From a virus (Duplodnaviria > Caudoviricetes), in IMG/VR virus record IMGVR_UViG_3300027756_000012, positions 1 to 59,282 of that record: a DNA stretch of 59,282 bases. One strand, 5' to 3'. Made by a program: the position numbers and the translations under genes. Positions 29,527 to 41,700 of the stretch are shown here, piece after piece. The notes under the pieces were generated by a model. That model did not search any database. It saw nothing but the letters and a program-made list of their open reading frames with translations, and was not told the origin of the DNA. Each line of letters begins with the position of its first letter. Within the stretch, counting starts at the first letter, position 1.

Positions 29527-29532
29527 AGTGAT

Positions 29533-29561
29533 ATTATACAGGGGATATAGATAAAAGTAAA
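29533..29561 (-). promoter_or_regulatory. sigma70-type promoter
   Basis: Minus strand TTTACT (29561-29556), 17 nt, TATAAT (29538-29533). Confidence 0.7.
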
Positions 29562-29579
29562 GGGCCCGGAGGCCCTTTT
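29553..29579 (-). terminator. rho-independent terminator
   Basis: Minus strand AAAGGGCC-TCCG-GGCCCTTT followed by ACTTTT, about 20 nt after the stop of the 334-aa structural gene. Confidence 0.8.
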
Positions 29580-29599
29580 GGTAAACCGCTACAGTTTAA

Positions 29600-30604
29600 T
29601 TAAGAGCTGGTAACTGAGGCTGCAATAGTTGGTGTGCCCCAGGCTGCGCTGGTTAGATATGTTGAACTGGGCACAAACAGCGTGACCACTGTGGCCGGTG
29701 CTGTACCAAAACTTGTGAATGGTGATGCAGTGGCAGTACCACCAGTGATGATGTTGGTACCGCCTGGGGCTGGATCGCCGCCTGGGTCAACCCAAGTTGT
29801 GGTCAACACTAGTTGTGTGCCTGTGCCTGCTGTTTTGGCATTCAATGAAATGAATTGTCCAGTATACGGAGCAGTATCAGCAAATTGGCGATACAGTTGT
29901 GTGTCTGTGGTTGTTAACCCGTACCAACCAGTTGTGGTGGTCAATGTGTTTGGAGTGCCAGTGCCACCAATTTTGGTAGTGCCGGTGTATGCAGTACTAG
30001 CAATGGTTTGTGTGCCAAATTGGCTGCCCATGGTGATGTACAGGTCGCCAACCAATGTAGTTGCTAGATCATTCCACTCAGCGTCACCAGGATTGCCGGT
30101 TGAACTCTTGTTGGTTTCCCACTTGATTCGTCCACCTGCATTGAAGAAATATCTAGCAGCATCGGCACTGGCCCAGGTAATGGTGTGCGTAAATGTGATT
30201 GTCCAAGCAGTGTCGCCACTGCCTGTTTGGCTAGTTTTAGCAGTGGTGCCGGAGAATGTGGTTGTTTGCGCACCACTGGCCGAGGCGTTGCCGCGAGCAT
30301 TGGTGATGGCGGTTACGTCAGTGGCCAAGTTTGCTAAAATTGCAATGGTACTACCAGTGGTCGGGTTTGAGCGACTGGTAATGGTTGTGCCTTGGTGGCT
30401 GGCCATGGACGAGATTCTACTGTTTAAGGTCGTCCACTGAGTGGCAGTGACTGTTGCAGCCGCAGCCACTGTGCTGACCGCGGCCTCGCCATAGCCAAAT
30501 GTTGTAGCACCAGTGGACCAAATCCCGTTTATGTTTGCAGCATTGGTGCTAACAAATCCATTATAATCTACTGCTTGTATTAAGCCGCCTACTGAATATG
30601 TCAT
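29600..30604 (-). CDS. putative virion structural (tail fibre/baseplate-associated) protein, Thr/Ala/Gly-rich
   Basis: Composition, ARYFFNAGG core and position at the end of the tail module. Confidence 0.65.
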   Translation of the reverse strand: MTYSVGGLIQAVDYNGFVSTNAANINGIWSTGATTFGYGEAAVSTVAAAATVTATQWTTLNSRISSMASHQGTTITSRSNPTTGSTIAILANLATDVTAITNARGNASASGAQTTTFSGTTAKTSQTGSGDTAWTITFTHTITWASADAARYFFNAGGRIKWETNKSSTGNPGDAEWNDLATTLVGDLYITMGSQFGTQTIASTAYTGTTKIGGTGTPNTLTTTTGWYGLTTTDTQLYRQFADTAPYTGQFISLNAKTAGTGTQLVLTTTWVDPGGDPAPGGTNIITGGTATASPFTSFGTAPATVVTLFVPSSTYLTSAAWGTPTIAASVTSS

Positions 30605-30618
30605 TTTTTATTATCCTA

Positions 30619-31902
30619 TCAATTGATTTTGACAATTGCTTCTACTGTGCCCTGCTCAGTAGACAGCTTGTTTTCTAATGATCTGCCAATCACATTAAAT
30701 GCTGTAGCTTCTCCTGGTTGAGCAGCTCTGGCCAATCCGTTGCCAGCAGACACTAGTCTATCACCTTTGTGAACAACACCAATGGTGTTAACTGGCACAC
30801 GCCCGGTCATTGCCACAGGCGGATGTGTTTCATCGTTGCCAGCCACAGCGTTCATTAGATATGCTGCTCTAGTACTTATGACACCGAACACACTTTCACT
30901 TAGTTCGTCGGTAACTTTGGTAATTTCTTGTGATCCGCCCAGTTCAACCACTGTGCCGGCTGCCAGCACTTCGTCAGCTGCAAAGCGTTCTGCAACGTCA
31001 GCATAGTTGGCTGTGATGCCATTGGTACCGGATACAATACCTGTAGTGCCACTGATATTCATCACTGTGGTTGGTGTTCCGGCAATGTTCACACTGAATG
31101 CAATGTTACCGTTGCTGGTTTGATTAGAAATTGTTGCTGTAGTGCCTGTTACTCCCACACGGAAATCAGAATTTGCACCAACAGTGAGACCAGTGTTGTT
31201 CAACACACCAAATGTGCCCGAAGTAGTTTGAGCAACATCCTTCAGCAAGAAGCCTGTTGAGTCAATGTTGTCCAGTGTTTCTGCATTACTTGCTGTGCCT
31301 TGGAACAACGGAATTACAGAACCTATGCCTGTACTCATTGTGATACCAGGACGCACTGTGGCAAATCCTGTCAAGGCTGCTTGCGGGGTAAATGCAGCAT
31401 CTTTGCTTACAATAGCTACCACAGCGTCTTGAACATACAGCTTGATTACCACGTGACTCACTGATGTGTTGTCTGTGATTGTGTCAACAATGGCGCCTGT
31501 TATACCGGTACCTGCTGTAAATTGCGGACCAACCAGCAACCAGGCTGTACCTGTATAGACTTTTAATTGTGCGTTGACTGTGTCGTACCACAGATCGCCT
31601 TGTACGTTACTGGTAGGAGCAGTAGAACTGGCTGTTGCAGCACTGATAACTTTGAATCTAGTACCGTTGTAGACCTTCATCAAGCCATTGGCCTTGTCCC
31701 ACCAAAGTTGTCCTGTTAGTGGTGCAGTTGGGGCAGTGGTATTAGAACCATTTTCCAGCAAGTGGATAAAGTTTTCGTCTAAAAATGCACCGTAGCCAGC
31801 GTAATTTTTACCGACTAATACCATTGAACTAGCGGTGTTGATGGTACCATCTGCAATAGTTGCAAATATGGTGTTATCGGTTAAAGTGATTGTATATGCC
31901 AT
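30619..31902 (-). CDS. tail fibre-like protein with C-terminal intramolecular-chaperone (peptidase G2-like) domain
   Basis: N-terminal LVGKNYAGYG..ENFIHLLEN and GQLWWD/GDLWYD repeats. C-terminal YADVAE..GTVVELGG..GVIST..PVAMTGRVPV..KGDRLVS. Confidence 0.7.
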   Translation of the reverse strand: MAYTITLTDNTIFATIADGTINTASSMVLVGKNYAGYGAFLDENFIHLLENGSNTTAPTAPLTGQLWWDKANGLMKVYNGTRFKVISAATASSTAPTSNVQGDLWYDTVNAQLKVYTGTAWLLVGPQFTAGTGITGAIVDTITDNTSVSHVVIKLYVQDAVVAIVSKDAAFTPQAALTGFATVRPGITMSTGIGSVIPLFQGTASNAETLDNIDSTGFLLKDVAQTTSGTFGVLNNTGLTVGANSDFRVGVTGTTATISNQTSNGNIAFSVNIAGTPTTVMNISGTTGIVSGTNGITANYADVAERFAADEVLAAGTVVELGGSQEITKVTDELSESVFGVISTRAAYLMNAVAGNDETHPPVAMTGRVPVNTIGVVHKGDRLVSAGNGLARAAQPGEATAFNVIGRSLENKLSTEQGTVEAIVKIN

Positions 31903-31924
31903 TTGTTTATTACTCCATTAATTG

Positions 31925-31932
31925 TATTTATA
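31925..31932 (-). promoter_or_regulatory. T4-type late promoter TATAAATA
   Basis: Exact T4 gp55 consensus 22 nt upstream of ATG 31902, with a GGAG RBS in between. A second CATAAATA lies at 31950-31957. Confidence 0.7.
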
Positions 31933-31952
31933 ATGCAATTATATATCTATAT

Positions 31953-32573
31953 TTATGCCGCACTAAGGTTGGTCAGTGTCTGGATACGTATCGTGTAATC
32001 AATCTGTATCTGTCTGTTCAAACTCTTTTGCACAGGATGAAATATCACATGGGTAATCAGACGCAAATTATCTGCCGCTCCGTTCCATGTCTTGAGCCCT
32101 AATTCGTCGAACACATACTCACCGTTGAAGTTTGTACTGTTATCGAATGCCTGCTGTCCGGGTGGTTCGCCGTAGTCCAGCAAGCAAGTTACTAAGATAT
32201 CCGTATAGACCTTGCCTGACGTGTGTAACACAGTCATTTTGTTGTTGGCCGAATCGGTATTTGCTGCAGAATTGTCATTGACTACCTTGGCATAAGTTTC
32301 GTTATACAGCGTGGCATTTTGTCCTGTGGTGTTGGGCGGCAAATATGTGATGATGCCGGTGGGGTCCACACTGGATCCGCCGTTGCCAAATGCCATTTGA
32401 TATATCCAACCACCGCCCTGGGCCGACGTACGATCGCTCAAGGTTTGTGCCATTGCAACACTTATGTTTTCGTAGTGAATTGCATTCTTTTTATCCACTA
32501 GTATTTCACCAGTAGCAGGATCATGAATTTTTACAAATCCTTCAATTTTAGCAAAGCCGGATTGAATTATCAT
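31953..32573 (-). CDS. putative virion structural/baseplate protein (206 aa)
   Basis: Position in the tail module; MAFGNGG, FDELGL and HVIFHPVQKS motifs. Confidence 0.65.
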   Translation of the reverse strand: MIIQSGFAKIEGFVKIHDPATGEILVDKKNAIHYENISVAMAQTLSDRTSAQGGGWIYQMAFGNGGSSVDPTGIITYLPPNTTGQNATLYNETYAKVVNDNSAANTDSANNKMTVLHTSGKVYTDILVTCLLDYGEPPGQQAFDNSTNFNGEYVFDELGLKTWNGAADNLRLITHVIFHPVQKSLNRQIQIDYTIRIQTLTNLSAA

Positions 32574-32707
32574 GCTCGCTTCTCCACTAAGACTTCTTTG
32601 GTTTTGGGATCAAAAATACGAACATGCCCTTCAACAGAAATAGATCCTGTTTCATTGGGTTTTTTGGCCGGTACTGTGGGCTGTGGTGATTTTGTATTTT
32701 GAGTCAT
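32570..32707 (-). CDS. 45-aa protein, not in the ORF track, similar to the N-terminus of the downstream gene
   Basis: Hand translation MTQNTKSPQPTVPAKKPNETGSISVEGHVRIFDPKTKEVLVEKRA. ATGA overlap downstream; GATAAATA just upstream. Confidence 0.75.
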   Translation of the reverse strand: MTQNTKSPQPTVPAKKPNETGSISVEGHVRIFDPKTKEVLVEKRA

Positions 32708-32711
32708 ACTT

Positions 32712-32719
32712 TATTTATC
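32712..32719 (-). promoter_or_regulatory. putative late promoter GATAAATA
   Basis: 7/8 match to TATAAATA in a 16-nt intergenic gap, 4 nt before ATG 32707. Confidence 0.55.
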
Positions 32720-32723
32720 TTGT

Positions 32724-35700
32724 TTAATCGCCCCGTAAAAACCTTGCGGCCGGCGTATTGGTATCTTGCAATGCTATACCATTACTTGGGGTATTGATTC
32801 CGGGAGCATACCAGGTCACACCTCTACGTACCAAAATAGTAACTTGTACGCCATCCGGCGGTGCAATATTAAACTCAACAGTACACATTGGGCCCGGATC
32901 TATAATGGCGTAACCACCGTATTGACGTGTTCCGCCCACATAAACCTCAACTGCTTCTTCTATTGTGGTGCTGTCATCCAGGTCGGTTACATTGAGGTTT
33001 TCTGCCACAAATACTGTGTTTGTTCCGTTGCCTAAAATTGGGTACACTGCGGTGTTGTTGTTGAGATTGCTCACAACATAGTCTTGATCTTGCGGCGGTA
33101 ACAAGTTTATACGGCTAATGTTGTACACATCTGTGCCAACTGTGTGATCAGCAGCAGCGGTTCCAGCTGTGCCTCTTCGTAAGCCAGTGACCTTGTTGTT
33201 TGCAATATCTAGGTCTCGATACATGATACGTTCTCCGTCCACAGTCAGTAGACCCCATATGTTATTGGCCAAATTTGGTTCATTCAACGCAGAGGCATTA
33301 TGTACATAGATTGTGTCACCATCAGCTGCCAATGGTTCAACCAAATACGTAGTAGTTGACGGTGTAATTCGATAAGTGGCCTGCACCCCGCGCATGTCTT
33401 GGAATATGCGGAATGCCATGGCTTCTGGCGCAACACTATTGGTGAATTCTGTAATCATCACAACATCGGTCGGTGTCATAATATATCCACCTGCCAACAC
33501 TATAGTATTGTCCACAATAGTAAAGTCGTCGTTGACAAATATTCGTCGACCGTTCAAGGTCACCCATAAGCTGTCAGCATTGGTTACTATTTTATTCAGA
33601 TACAAATCGTTACTAGTAGCCGATTGTGTATCAGAATAGTCGTATGATCCCGGTGCGTCAGATAGTATACCAACGTCATAGTCAGTGCTGTCGTAGGGTT
33701 CCACCAGTGCAACTGCGGCCTGAACTGGACCAACATATACCTGTGTTAGAATATCCTGTTGTCGAGTATCATTCCAGCTGGTCACTGCAATAACATCGCC
33801 GGTGACTGGCACCAAGCCGCCTGCAGAGTTAAACAGCAGTTGATTTCCAACTACAACTGCCTGAGTGTCAGTAGTAACACAAATTAAAATTTTCTCAGCC
33901 AATGCAGGCGGAGAACTAAACAACACAGCACATGGTGTATATATCTCAGAAAAACCTCCAACATCGTATGGTTCGCTGTCGTACGCAATAGCCGGATTCT
34001 CAGGTACCACAGTGAAATCAATGCCCAACACCTGTGGAATATTGTCAACATACACACGAACTTCGTTGGGTGAAATTATTGACTGCGAGAATCCCAGACG
34101 TTGTGCCACTGGGTAAAGCACTTGCGTTCCATCGGCCAAGTAAGCAATACCAGCTGATGTTCTTGCACGAACGCCGTTTACTGTAACAACCAGGTTGTCA
34201 GGGTTAACATACTCCATGCTGTTGGTTAGAGTATATTGCAAATTACCGGTTGCGCCAGCAATGTACTGTGTGACCGGCACAGACCAACTGTAATCTATTG
34301 CAACATTGTCTACTGTGGTTGGTCCAATTGCTCCAACCATCAAGTAATCATCAGCAGTATAGGTGTTGATGAACAATATTTGTGTACTGGTACTGGTGCG
34401 CTGAGAGAATGTATAATCGGTAGTTAATACTCCGTTGACAAAAATTACAAATTCATCTATTAGCGAATACTGCACTGGCACTGTGAGTGAGTTGCCGATT
34501 TCTAAACCATTGTACGAACGCTTGAACAATTGATTGCCGCCACCAATTTCGTACAGGGCAATTGTTATTTCGGTGCCTACAGGCACAGTACTTGCCAGTG
34601 TGATTGATTGAGCGGCCCAATCGGCAGTGTATTCTATACCCAGAGTCAAATCAACTCCTGTGGTTTGATTTGACACAATCATTGTGGCTGGATACGGCAC
34701 AACTCCAGCAAAACTGTAAGTTCCTCCCACTGTGCTGACAGTGAATTTTTGCACTTCGGTTCGGAATCCATGTCCGTCGCGGGCCCAGTCTGCACCCGGT
34801 GTGGTATACACACGAATGTCTAGTGTGTCAAATTCACTGCCTGGTATTAATTCTTCCGGGGCATAACTCGAATACTGATCAATGTATCCCCCACCTTCAA
34901 CGTTGATACTTGTGGGTCTTGTGCCCAGGTATATATCAGTGTATGGACTTTCGTAGATAGCGTCCAGTATGCTTTCATCGAACGTGACTCGACCTTCGGG
35001 CCCGTATTGGAAGTTATCAAAAGGTGTAGAATCGTATGGTGAAATATCAAATCCAGGATATTGATCATAACCAACACCAAACACTTGCACTCCGGGGTAT
35101 TCAACACCATCAATCAACAACGGCAGACTTAGACCAGGTTGATCAGCAGTTGGAGCATAGAATCCCATGGTACGGTCAACACCTGTCAGTGTACCGGCAT
35201 TTACTTCTACCCAATCCAGTGGATCAAATGTAGCACTTTGAATGCCAGTACTGTCACTGTTGGCTGCTTGCCAAACGCGATTTAGATATCTGACCTGAGT
35301 GCCATTATCATAGTTTACATTTGGCTGCCATTCAACAATGTTAGACGAATATTCATATCTATCATATTTGATGGTAGTTTTAAGTTGGCGTACTAAATTA
35401 TTGCCCATGACAACCGCAGCAGTGGCACCTGTACCATTGCCACCTACCAATGTTATTGTTGCAGTAGTAATATAGCCGCTGCCATAGTTATCAATTGTGA
35501 TTGCAATTACCTGCCCGGCACTGTTGACAACCGCAGTCATTTCGGCCTGCGTAACACAGTCACCTGTGACCACCACGTCTGGCGCTGTGCTATAACCTGT
35601 GCCGGGATTTGTAATCACAATAGATTGAACGTTCAATGTATAATTGTTGTACCATTCATTCCAAGGAGTTTCTGTCCACAACACAGCACTGGCTTCAGTG

Positions 35701-38700
35701 TTTGCATCAAAATTAGTTCTGCTGTTGGCCGTCGATTGTGTATATGGCAGCAACACTGGACTAATAAATTGTGGCACCACCAGACTGGTATCATAAAACG
35801 CAGGATTATCAAAATCCGTTAACATTCCATCATATTCATTGTTGCCGTTGTACAGCAAATTAAATTCTCGGATTTGTGTGTGGTAAGGTTTGACCTCTTG
35901 AATGTAATTCAACACAAAATCTTGATTGTCTTGACGGAATGACTGGTAAGGCAATAAGTTACGAATTTTATGATCAACATCAATCAAACTGGTTTTTATC
36001 AACCAGTCCGGGGCAGGGAATTCACTCATGATAAATTCAAACATCAAAATCAACGAACGGTTGCGTTCAATTGCTAGTTCGTCAATAAACAACTGTTCAT
36101 TGATTGCTTGAATTACTTTGCGTGTTTCAATTACAGGTTCTTGATCAAAGTATTGAGCATCAAACACTTCCAGGTCAAATCCAAAATTGCCAATGGCGTA
36201 ATCCCATAATTCTGCATTGAATTCAATTGTGCCGTCTTCAAGGCCTACACGATCCCATCCAGTTAGTGTGCGTTGATAAATCTCATATTTGCCTGTTAGT
36301 GCATTGGATACTTCAACACTGGATCCAACAGGGGTTGTTTCCAGTGTTAACACGGATAGACCAGCATAATTTGCAACTGTAGCAACAGGATTCAATGTGC
36401 TGTTGTAACCGGGTTGATACCAATTTATGTAACTCCAATAACGTCGTGTGTCGTAGTTCTGCACACGGATAAGTGACAGTTCTTTGGTAAATGCTACTGT
36501 GGTGCTAATGGTCACTTCGTAAATGGTCCAGAATCCCGAATTAGACGAGTCTGTCATCACTAGATATTTGTACCCAACAGGCACCAATGCCAGATTCTGA
36601 TAACCCAGTTCTGTTAGATCAGCAACTCGTTTATTCCAGGCCCCTGTGCTGGCACCAGGCTCTTGTTCTTTGCTGTTGAGCAAAGAAAAATCTTTGGTTT
36701 CAGCAATTGGATAATTTGCCAGTATTCGATTGGCACGACCCAGGTAATTTTTTAACGCAGCAAAGCGATCAACAAACATGCTTTGTCGTGGTCTAAATTC
36801 AACGCCGTAACGTTCTACCGGGCTTAGGTTGGTGTCAGGCACTGGGGCGCCAAGAATATTGATTCCACTCAGACTATCTTGCAGTTTGAGATATAAATTA
36901 TCGCTAAGGAAACTGTCAGCCAGGCCGTCGGCAATCAGTTCATATTCTTGATGCACGTTGTCGTCGTTGAGTATTCGATCGTATTCTATGTGTAGGATGG
37001 TATCCTGGGCATTGATCAAACCAAATACATTGTAAATTGCAACTGTGCTTGCATTCAACGGCGCAATATAAGAAATGCCACTGGCACGTGGATTGGCAAT
37101 ATAATTGGCTATGGCAGTTGTGCTTAATTTTTTACCTGCCACTGTGTCCACCGTGGATATGTTTCGCACCCAGTAATAATAACGAGTTGCAAAAATATTG
37201 TCAGCATTGAGTTCTGCACGAGTGGTGTAACTCAATACACTCAATGGTGTGCCTGGGCCTGCGTAATTGACCGGTGCCACATCACTTTCGATCCATTGGT
37301 AGATATCTATAGAACTACCCGGGAATACCTGGCCCCAACGACGACTTGCATAGACAATATTGTCCTGGTTTGGATCAATGAAACGAACTGAATTTGTGTC
37401 CCACCATATTTGTCCAACTTTTAAGGATCCCCACGGATTGCCAACATTTCGAACTGGACCTGTGTTGTAATTTGCAGGATCTACTGCTCCAATATAGTCA
37501 ATGTTCTCTCTGGCAACTCCAAGAATTTTGCCCTGCAACGGATCAAAGAAATCCAAATACGATGTGATTTCAGAAGCCAATTTATCATACATGTAAACAG
37601 AGTTTAACAATGCAATATCGACCACTGGCTGTTGTATGTGTTTGACTGTCCAGGCTGGAGTTCTGTCAGCGTTTTCAAACACACTGACTCGACCAAAATT
37701 AAGACTGGTGCTGTCTCCAAGGTCACTGCCAGGCGAGCCGATCAGCAATCTACCTGTTACATAACTGATTGCAGTGCCATAGCGATCAAGTTCAACTATG
37801 CTGTTGTCGTACATTTGTTGTCCGAACACAAACTTTCCTGGGTTTGTGACCGAGTCAGTTGAACTTGACAGATAATCAAAGGTATACACAACACCACTTT
37901 GAACTACCACAGTGGAAAACACTGTACTGCGATCATCAAAATATGTTGTTCCGGAATCAAAGGTCACTGGCTGGTACAAATTACCGCGAGGAGCACCAAC
38001 CACTAGGTTGGTTGAATCTGTGTTGATAAACACAGTGGATCCAAAACTTGCGCCGGGTGTGGGATTGGGACTGGTTATTGTTTGCGTGTAGGCATAGTTC
38101 ACAAATCCAATGTTTGCAAATGCAGAGCCTGTTAGTCCTGGTAGTACATCTAATTTTGCCCCAGGCGTGGCAGCAGCAGAATTTATCACACTGAGAGTCA
38201 ATACACCAGAAACAACTTTTATCACTGCGCCAGTGGCTGGTGCTGTAACAAAATTGATCGTGCCTGTTGTGTTGTTGTAAGTGTAATCAACGTTGAAAGT
38301 TTGTAGTATATTGCCAATGTATACCACAGTGGTATAATTGGTGCCATACTGTGAGTATGTCACACCAATGTCAAATGTTTTTGTAATGTTGTCGCCTGCA
38401 AAGAACAAATCTGCAGATGTTGTGGCCACAGTGTTTGGTATACCGACTCCGTCATTGGCATTGTTGATGGCAAAGGCCAAGCCAGCAACATTATTGCCAG
38501 GTACAGTTACTCCATCTTTGACATAGGTAGCTGGAACTGCTACTTCGTAGTTGTTGACACGCAGTGTGTTGCCAGTGGTCAATGTAGGGTTTGCAACAGG
38601 TGAAGATATTATTCCATACACTCGGGCTTGATTCACATTGCGCTGAACACTGCCAGCACCAATGTAGATTGTGCCATCTTCCGGTGCACCTATGTAAACA

Positions 38701-41700
38701 CTGCAATTGTTTGGACACAAATCAACATCTGTGCCAAATTGTGCTTCGTCAAATGGTGTGTCAATTGTGATCTGCTGTATTTGTTGAAATATATTGCTTT
38801 CAATTTCAATAATGTCGCCCACTGACAGTGTCAATGTGGCAGCTAGTACTACATTGCTACCTGTTACTGTGAACTCGCCATTTAGAAATTGATCGCTGTT
38901 GTTCAAGAAAGCACCATTGAGCAATACCGACACTGGAGCAACATAACCCGACGGCAACGCAAATGTCTTTGTTGCGGTTTCGCCAATGCCTACTTGGTAT
39001 CTCAGTACACTGCGATCGTATGCATATGTACTTCCTGCAATCAACCCATTGACATTGCTGGTCGGTGCTCCAACCAACAGTTGACGTCCGTCTGTGCCGG
39101 AACGAACGCTGGTTCCAAAGCCGGACCCAGCAGGGCCTGTAATAGTGTTAACATATTTGAAATAAGTGCCGGTGTTGACTGTGATAATGGTGCCTGCTGT
39201 AGGAATTGATCCAGATCTAAAAGTCAATGTAGTTCCGGCAAAAGTATAGTCAATGTAAGGACGTTGCAGTATTTCATTCACAGTGACATCAAAAGAATCA
39301 ATATTTGTGGCAGTATACAAGTATGGTTCTAGATCAAACACAGAAGTGGTACCCACACCTGACCCAGAATAGGTAAATCCTGTTATTCCGCCGGCGGTAA
39401 CACTGGTAACTGTGATAGTTAAATCATTAGCAGGCGATGATCCCCCACCTATGGCTGCTGCATTGATAGTGAGAGTATTGCCAACAGCATAGGCAATACC
39501 CGGTGCTGTCAATGTCACATAATAAGTTCCGCGCACACGCCCAACAGTGAATCTTGCCCCAGATCCACTGCCAACAGTTGAATTTTGCAATATATTGTAA
39601 TATGTTTGTGCGTCTATTTGTTGAGAAAACTTTCTCACAATCAAAATTGGCAAATCTTTAAGGGGCGGCGTGACAAATATCACGGCTGTTGAACTTATGT
39701 TAAAATCAACTCCATACTGTTGATTCACGTTGTTGACAAGAACAGAAATTTGATCGGGCTGTGCCAAATCAAACACTAGATTATTGCTGTAGTCAAATGA
39801 TGCTGTGACACTGTCGCCCATGTATTCCACTTGCTGAATTTCTTCATCCACGCGGCCGTATGCATATACTGCATTTTGTGCAGGCGCACCCACGTATGCC
39901 CAACGTTCGTCTCGGCTTATAGTGACTGACGTACCAAAGCTACCAGCACTGGTTGAATAGTTAGGTGCAATCAACAACTGTGTCTGTATAAATCTGTTGC
40001 TCGACGGTGCTCGATAGATTATAGCAGCATATCCAACACCACTGGCACTAAGGTTGGCACCTGCAATCGCCCACGATTGATAACCAATGTCTACTGCATT
40101 TCCATAACCAAGTGTACCAGTGGCACCCAATTGCAACACTGGGTTTTCTTCGTATCTAGCATCTTTTCCTCTAAGATAAGGATATATCCCTCCAGCGGTG
40201 TTGTATGTTGGTGCGCCCACCAACGCTGCAATATTTTCATATGCTTGTGCAATACTTGTGCCATACCCGGAGTTTTCCTGGCGGTTATTGGAAGTAAGAG
40301 CGTAGCTGGGTGAAAATACATTTTGTTTTTCAAGCACTTCCCACAGCCCTGCGCCGTTGTTGTCAACCCAGGCCAAGGCGCCTGGCACCAATTCATTGGC
40401 ATAAGATAATGTGCCGACATCACTGGCCTGAGATACACGCATGGTGTCAAGATAGAAACCTATTCCTTCGCCAGCTATGGTTGTCTGATTGCCGTTTGTG
40501 AATGTGTAGGCCACTGTGAGTGTGGTTGGTGTGGTTGTTGTCAACACGCGGTACACGCCGTTGAACGAATCGTTGAAAAAACGAACAATCAACAAATCGC
40601 CGCGTTTTAAATTGTGTATTTGACTGAACAATACCAGGCTGGTGCCGTCGAGATTGTCAGTGACACGAGTTATTCTGCCCGGAACTTGTGTGGCACGATA
40701 AACGTCCCAGTCGTAGCTGTTGGTTTTTGCTACCCAGATTCGTGTGCCATTACCAATGTTGTCTAGATCAGCGGAAATAGCACTTGGATCATCTAGAGAA
40801 AACACAGTTATGTCAACGTCGTCAATATTGACATAGCCGGCGGTTGGCAATGCTGTATCAGTAATTACAGTGGTAGTGGTTGTTAAGAAGTCCGGCGAGG
40901 TCAACTTATAGCTTTCGCGCCATACGTCATTCAACAGCACAGTTTGGTTTGCCAAACTTGATTCACCTGGTTCAATTATCTGTACCGTGGCCGGATCACT
41001 TTGCATCAAGGCTTCATTTAGCCGCAGTTCTACGTAGCTGCGATTTGCATTTGCTCCATACGTGCCGCGAAGCACTGCCCAGTTTTCGTATATTTGATAA
41101 TCGGCAACTTCTTTTCCAAGATTGGCGCCGGTGAATATTTCAGCACTTAGTATAGTTCCCTTGGATCCAATAAACTGTTTATATAGATTAACTTGACTTG
41201 TGTCATCAAGGTTCAGCGCAACCATGTAATCTCTTGGTTGGAAACCAATCAGTCCGTAACTCAATAGATCATTGTCACTTTCAAGGTTGGCAGTTTGCGT
41301 GTTGTAGCTGTTGGCCAACTGATCTGCCTTGTTGGCAATGTTGGGCAACAGTCCTTTTTGTATCTTGGTATAGTCACTCTTGACCCAGTCAGCATAGGCA
41401 AATTCCAATTTGGGTTGAATTATGGTTTGTGCTGACCAATAATTGTTTTTGTAGTTGACAATTTCGCCCTTGGCATACTTGCGATTCGGTACCCAGGTGG
41501 CAATGTTATCTTGATTGAGTACAAATCCCTGAGCATTTAGTGTACCGTTCCACTCAGTGGTAGTAAAGGCTGATACGTACACCCGATTTTGTCTTGCACC
41601 GGTGGCTGGATTATAAATCAAGTCATCAAAGATACTGACGTTGTTAAGAATGACAAGATTTTCATAATTGACAAATTGCAATTTAGCATAAGCAATGGAC

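Noticed and set aside
29634-30440. 268-aa plus-strand ORF
   Set aside because: Antisense shadow of the Thr/Ala/Gly-rich structural gene; Val/Pro-rich mirror composition and no recognisable motifs.
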